DNA from: Callorhinchus milii
Lineage: Eukaryota
Assembly (NCBI RefSeq): GCF_018977255.1
Contig: NW_024704742.1
Location: 18,788,001-18,852,000, forward strand
Direction of reading: 5' to 3'
DNA: 64,000 nt
Part shown: positions 63,510-64,000 of the stretch, piece after piece
Numbering within the stretch: the stretch's first letter is position 1
Layout: each line of letters starts with the position of its first letter
The notes under the pieces: model-generated
The model's input: the letters and a program-made list of their open reading frames with translations, nothing else
Database searches by the model: none
Told to the model about the DNA's origin: nothing
Program-made: the position numbers and the translations under genes

Positions 63510-63905
63510 GAGCCTGCCCCAGTTGGCAGCACTCTCACCTCTGAGTCAGAAAATTGTGGGTCAAGTCCCATGTCAGGACTTAAAAAGCATAGACTCAATG
63601 CAGAACTGTGGGCGTGCTGCATTGTTGGAGGTGCCGTGCTTCAGGTGACCTTGTTAAAACAAGGTCCTGTCTGCCTTTTCAAGTGGACATTGAGGATTCT
63701 ATAACACTCTTCAAAAAGAGAAGTAAGTTTCTCCCAGCGTCCTCAATAAAATTGGTCATTCACTTCAGGCTGTTTGTGAGACATTTCTGTGTGCAAATCG
63801 ATTGCCATGCGTGCCAGCAAAAATACAGTCACTACACTTTACAACATATCCTTTGAGACGTCCTCTTGGTACGCAAGGCACTGTACCAAATGTACAGTAT
63901 CATTA
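63510..63905 (+). mobile_element. Old DeuSINE (SacSINE1-like), near full length
   Basis: cagttggcagcactctcacctctgagtcagaa...ggaggtgccgtgcttcagg...cctgtctgccttttcaagtggacattgagg...ggctgtttgtgagac. Confidence 0.85.
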
Positions 63906-64000
63906 TAAATACTTGGGTTGATTGATGGTGAGAAGGACTTGAAACAATCTTGTACATAAAACATTCTCTATGTTGCTTTTTGCCTCATTTCTGCCTTGGC

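Larger units (their letters stand above)
53081..64000 (-). other. PDGFC: PDGFC intron upstream of the cystine-knot exon; probably extends beyond the window
   Basis: No hinge exon ending in RKSR or similar was found by eye. The region is mostly L2, SINE and CR1 fragments. Confidence 0.7.

Noticed and set aside
53081..64000. Possible antisense orientation bias of L2/SINE copies inside the PDGFC intron
   Set aside because: Both orientations occur in similar numbers and the sample is too small.

Overview
Vertebrate nuclear DNA, not prokaryotic. The repeat complement (L2 and CR1 LINEs, SacSINE1-like DeuSINEs, a tRNA-Ala-headed SINE with an L2 tail) points to a cartilaginous fish, possibly a chimaera; this is inference. 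The only protein-coding gene I can support is the 3' end of PDGFC on the minus strand. Its penultimate coding exon is 53080-52866 and its terminal coding exon is 50345-50229; together they encode the cystine-knot growth-factor domain. The upstream exons are not visible, so the preceding intron probably exceeds 10.9 kb. A likely 3' UTR runs to an AATAAA at about 47885. The remaining ~48 kb is gene-free and filled with retroposon fossils, including a 2.7-kb decayed L2 with APE and RT domains. Almost all entries in the ORF track are repeat-derived or random. I found no clearly novel gene system. The best leads are: (1) a modular SINE lineage seen in several evolutionary stages, with its tail apparently re-matched to the youngest L2; (2) a tail-to-tail SINE/L2 inverted pair that could form dsRNA inside the PDGFC 3' UTR; (3) two short, locally templated direct duplications at retroelement junctions; (4) three HOX13-type motifs plus two CAGATG E-boxes in about 170 bp of unique sequence. 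Repeat boundaries are approximate, and family names come from recalled consensus sequences, not from a search.
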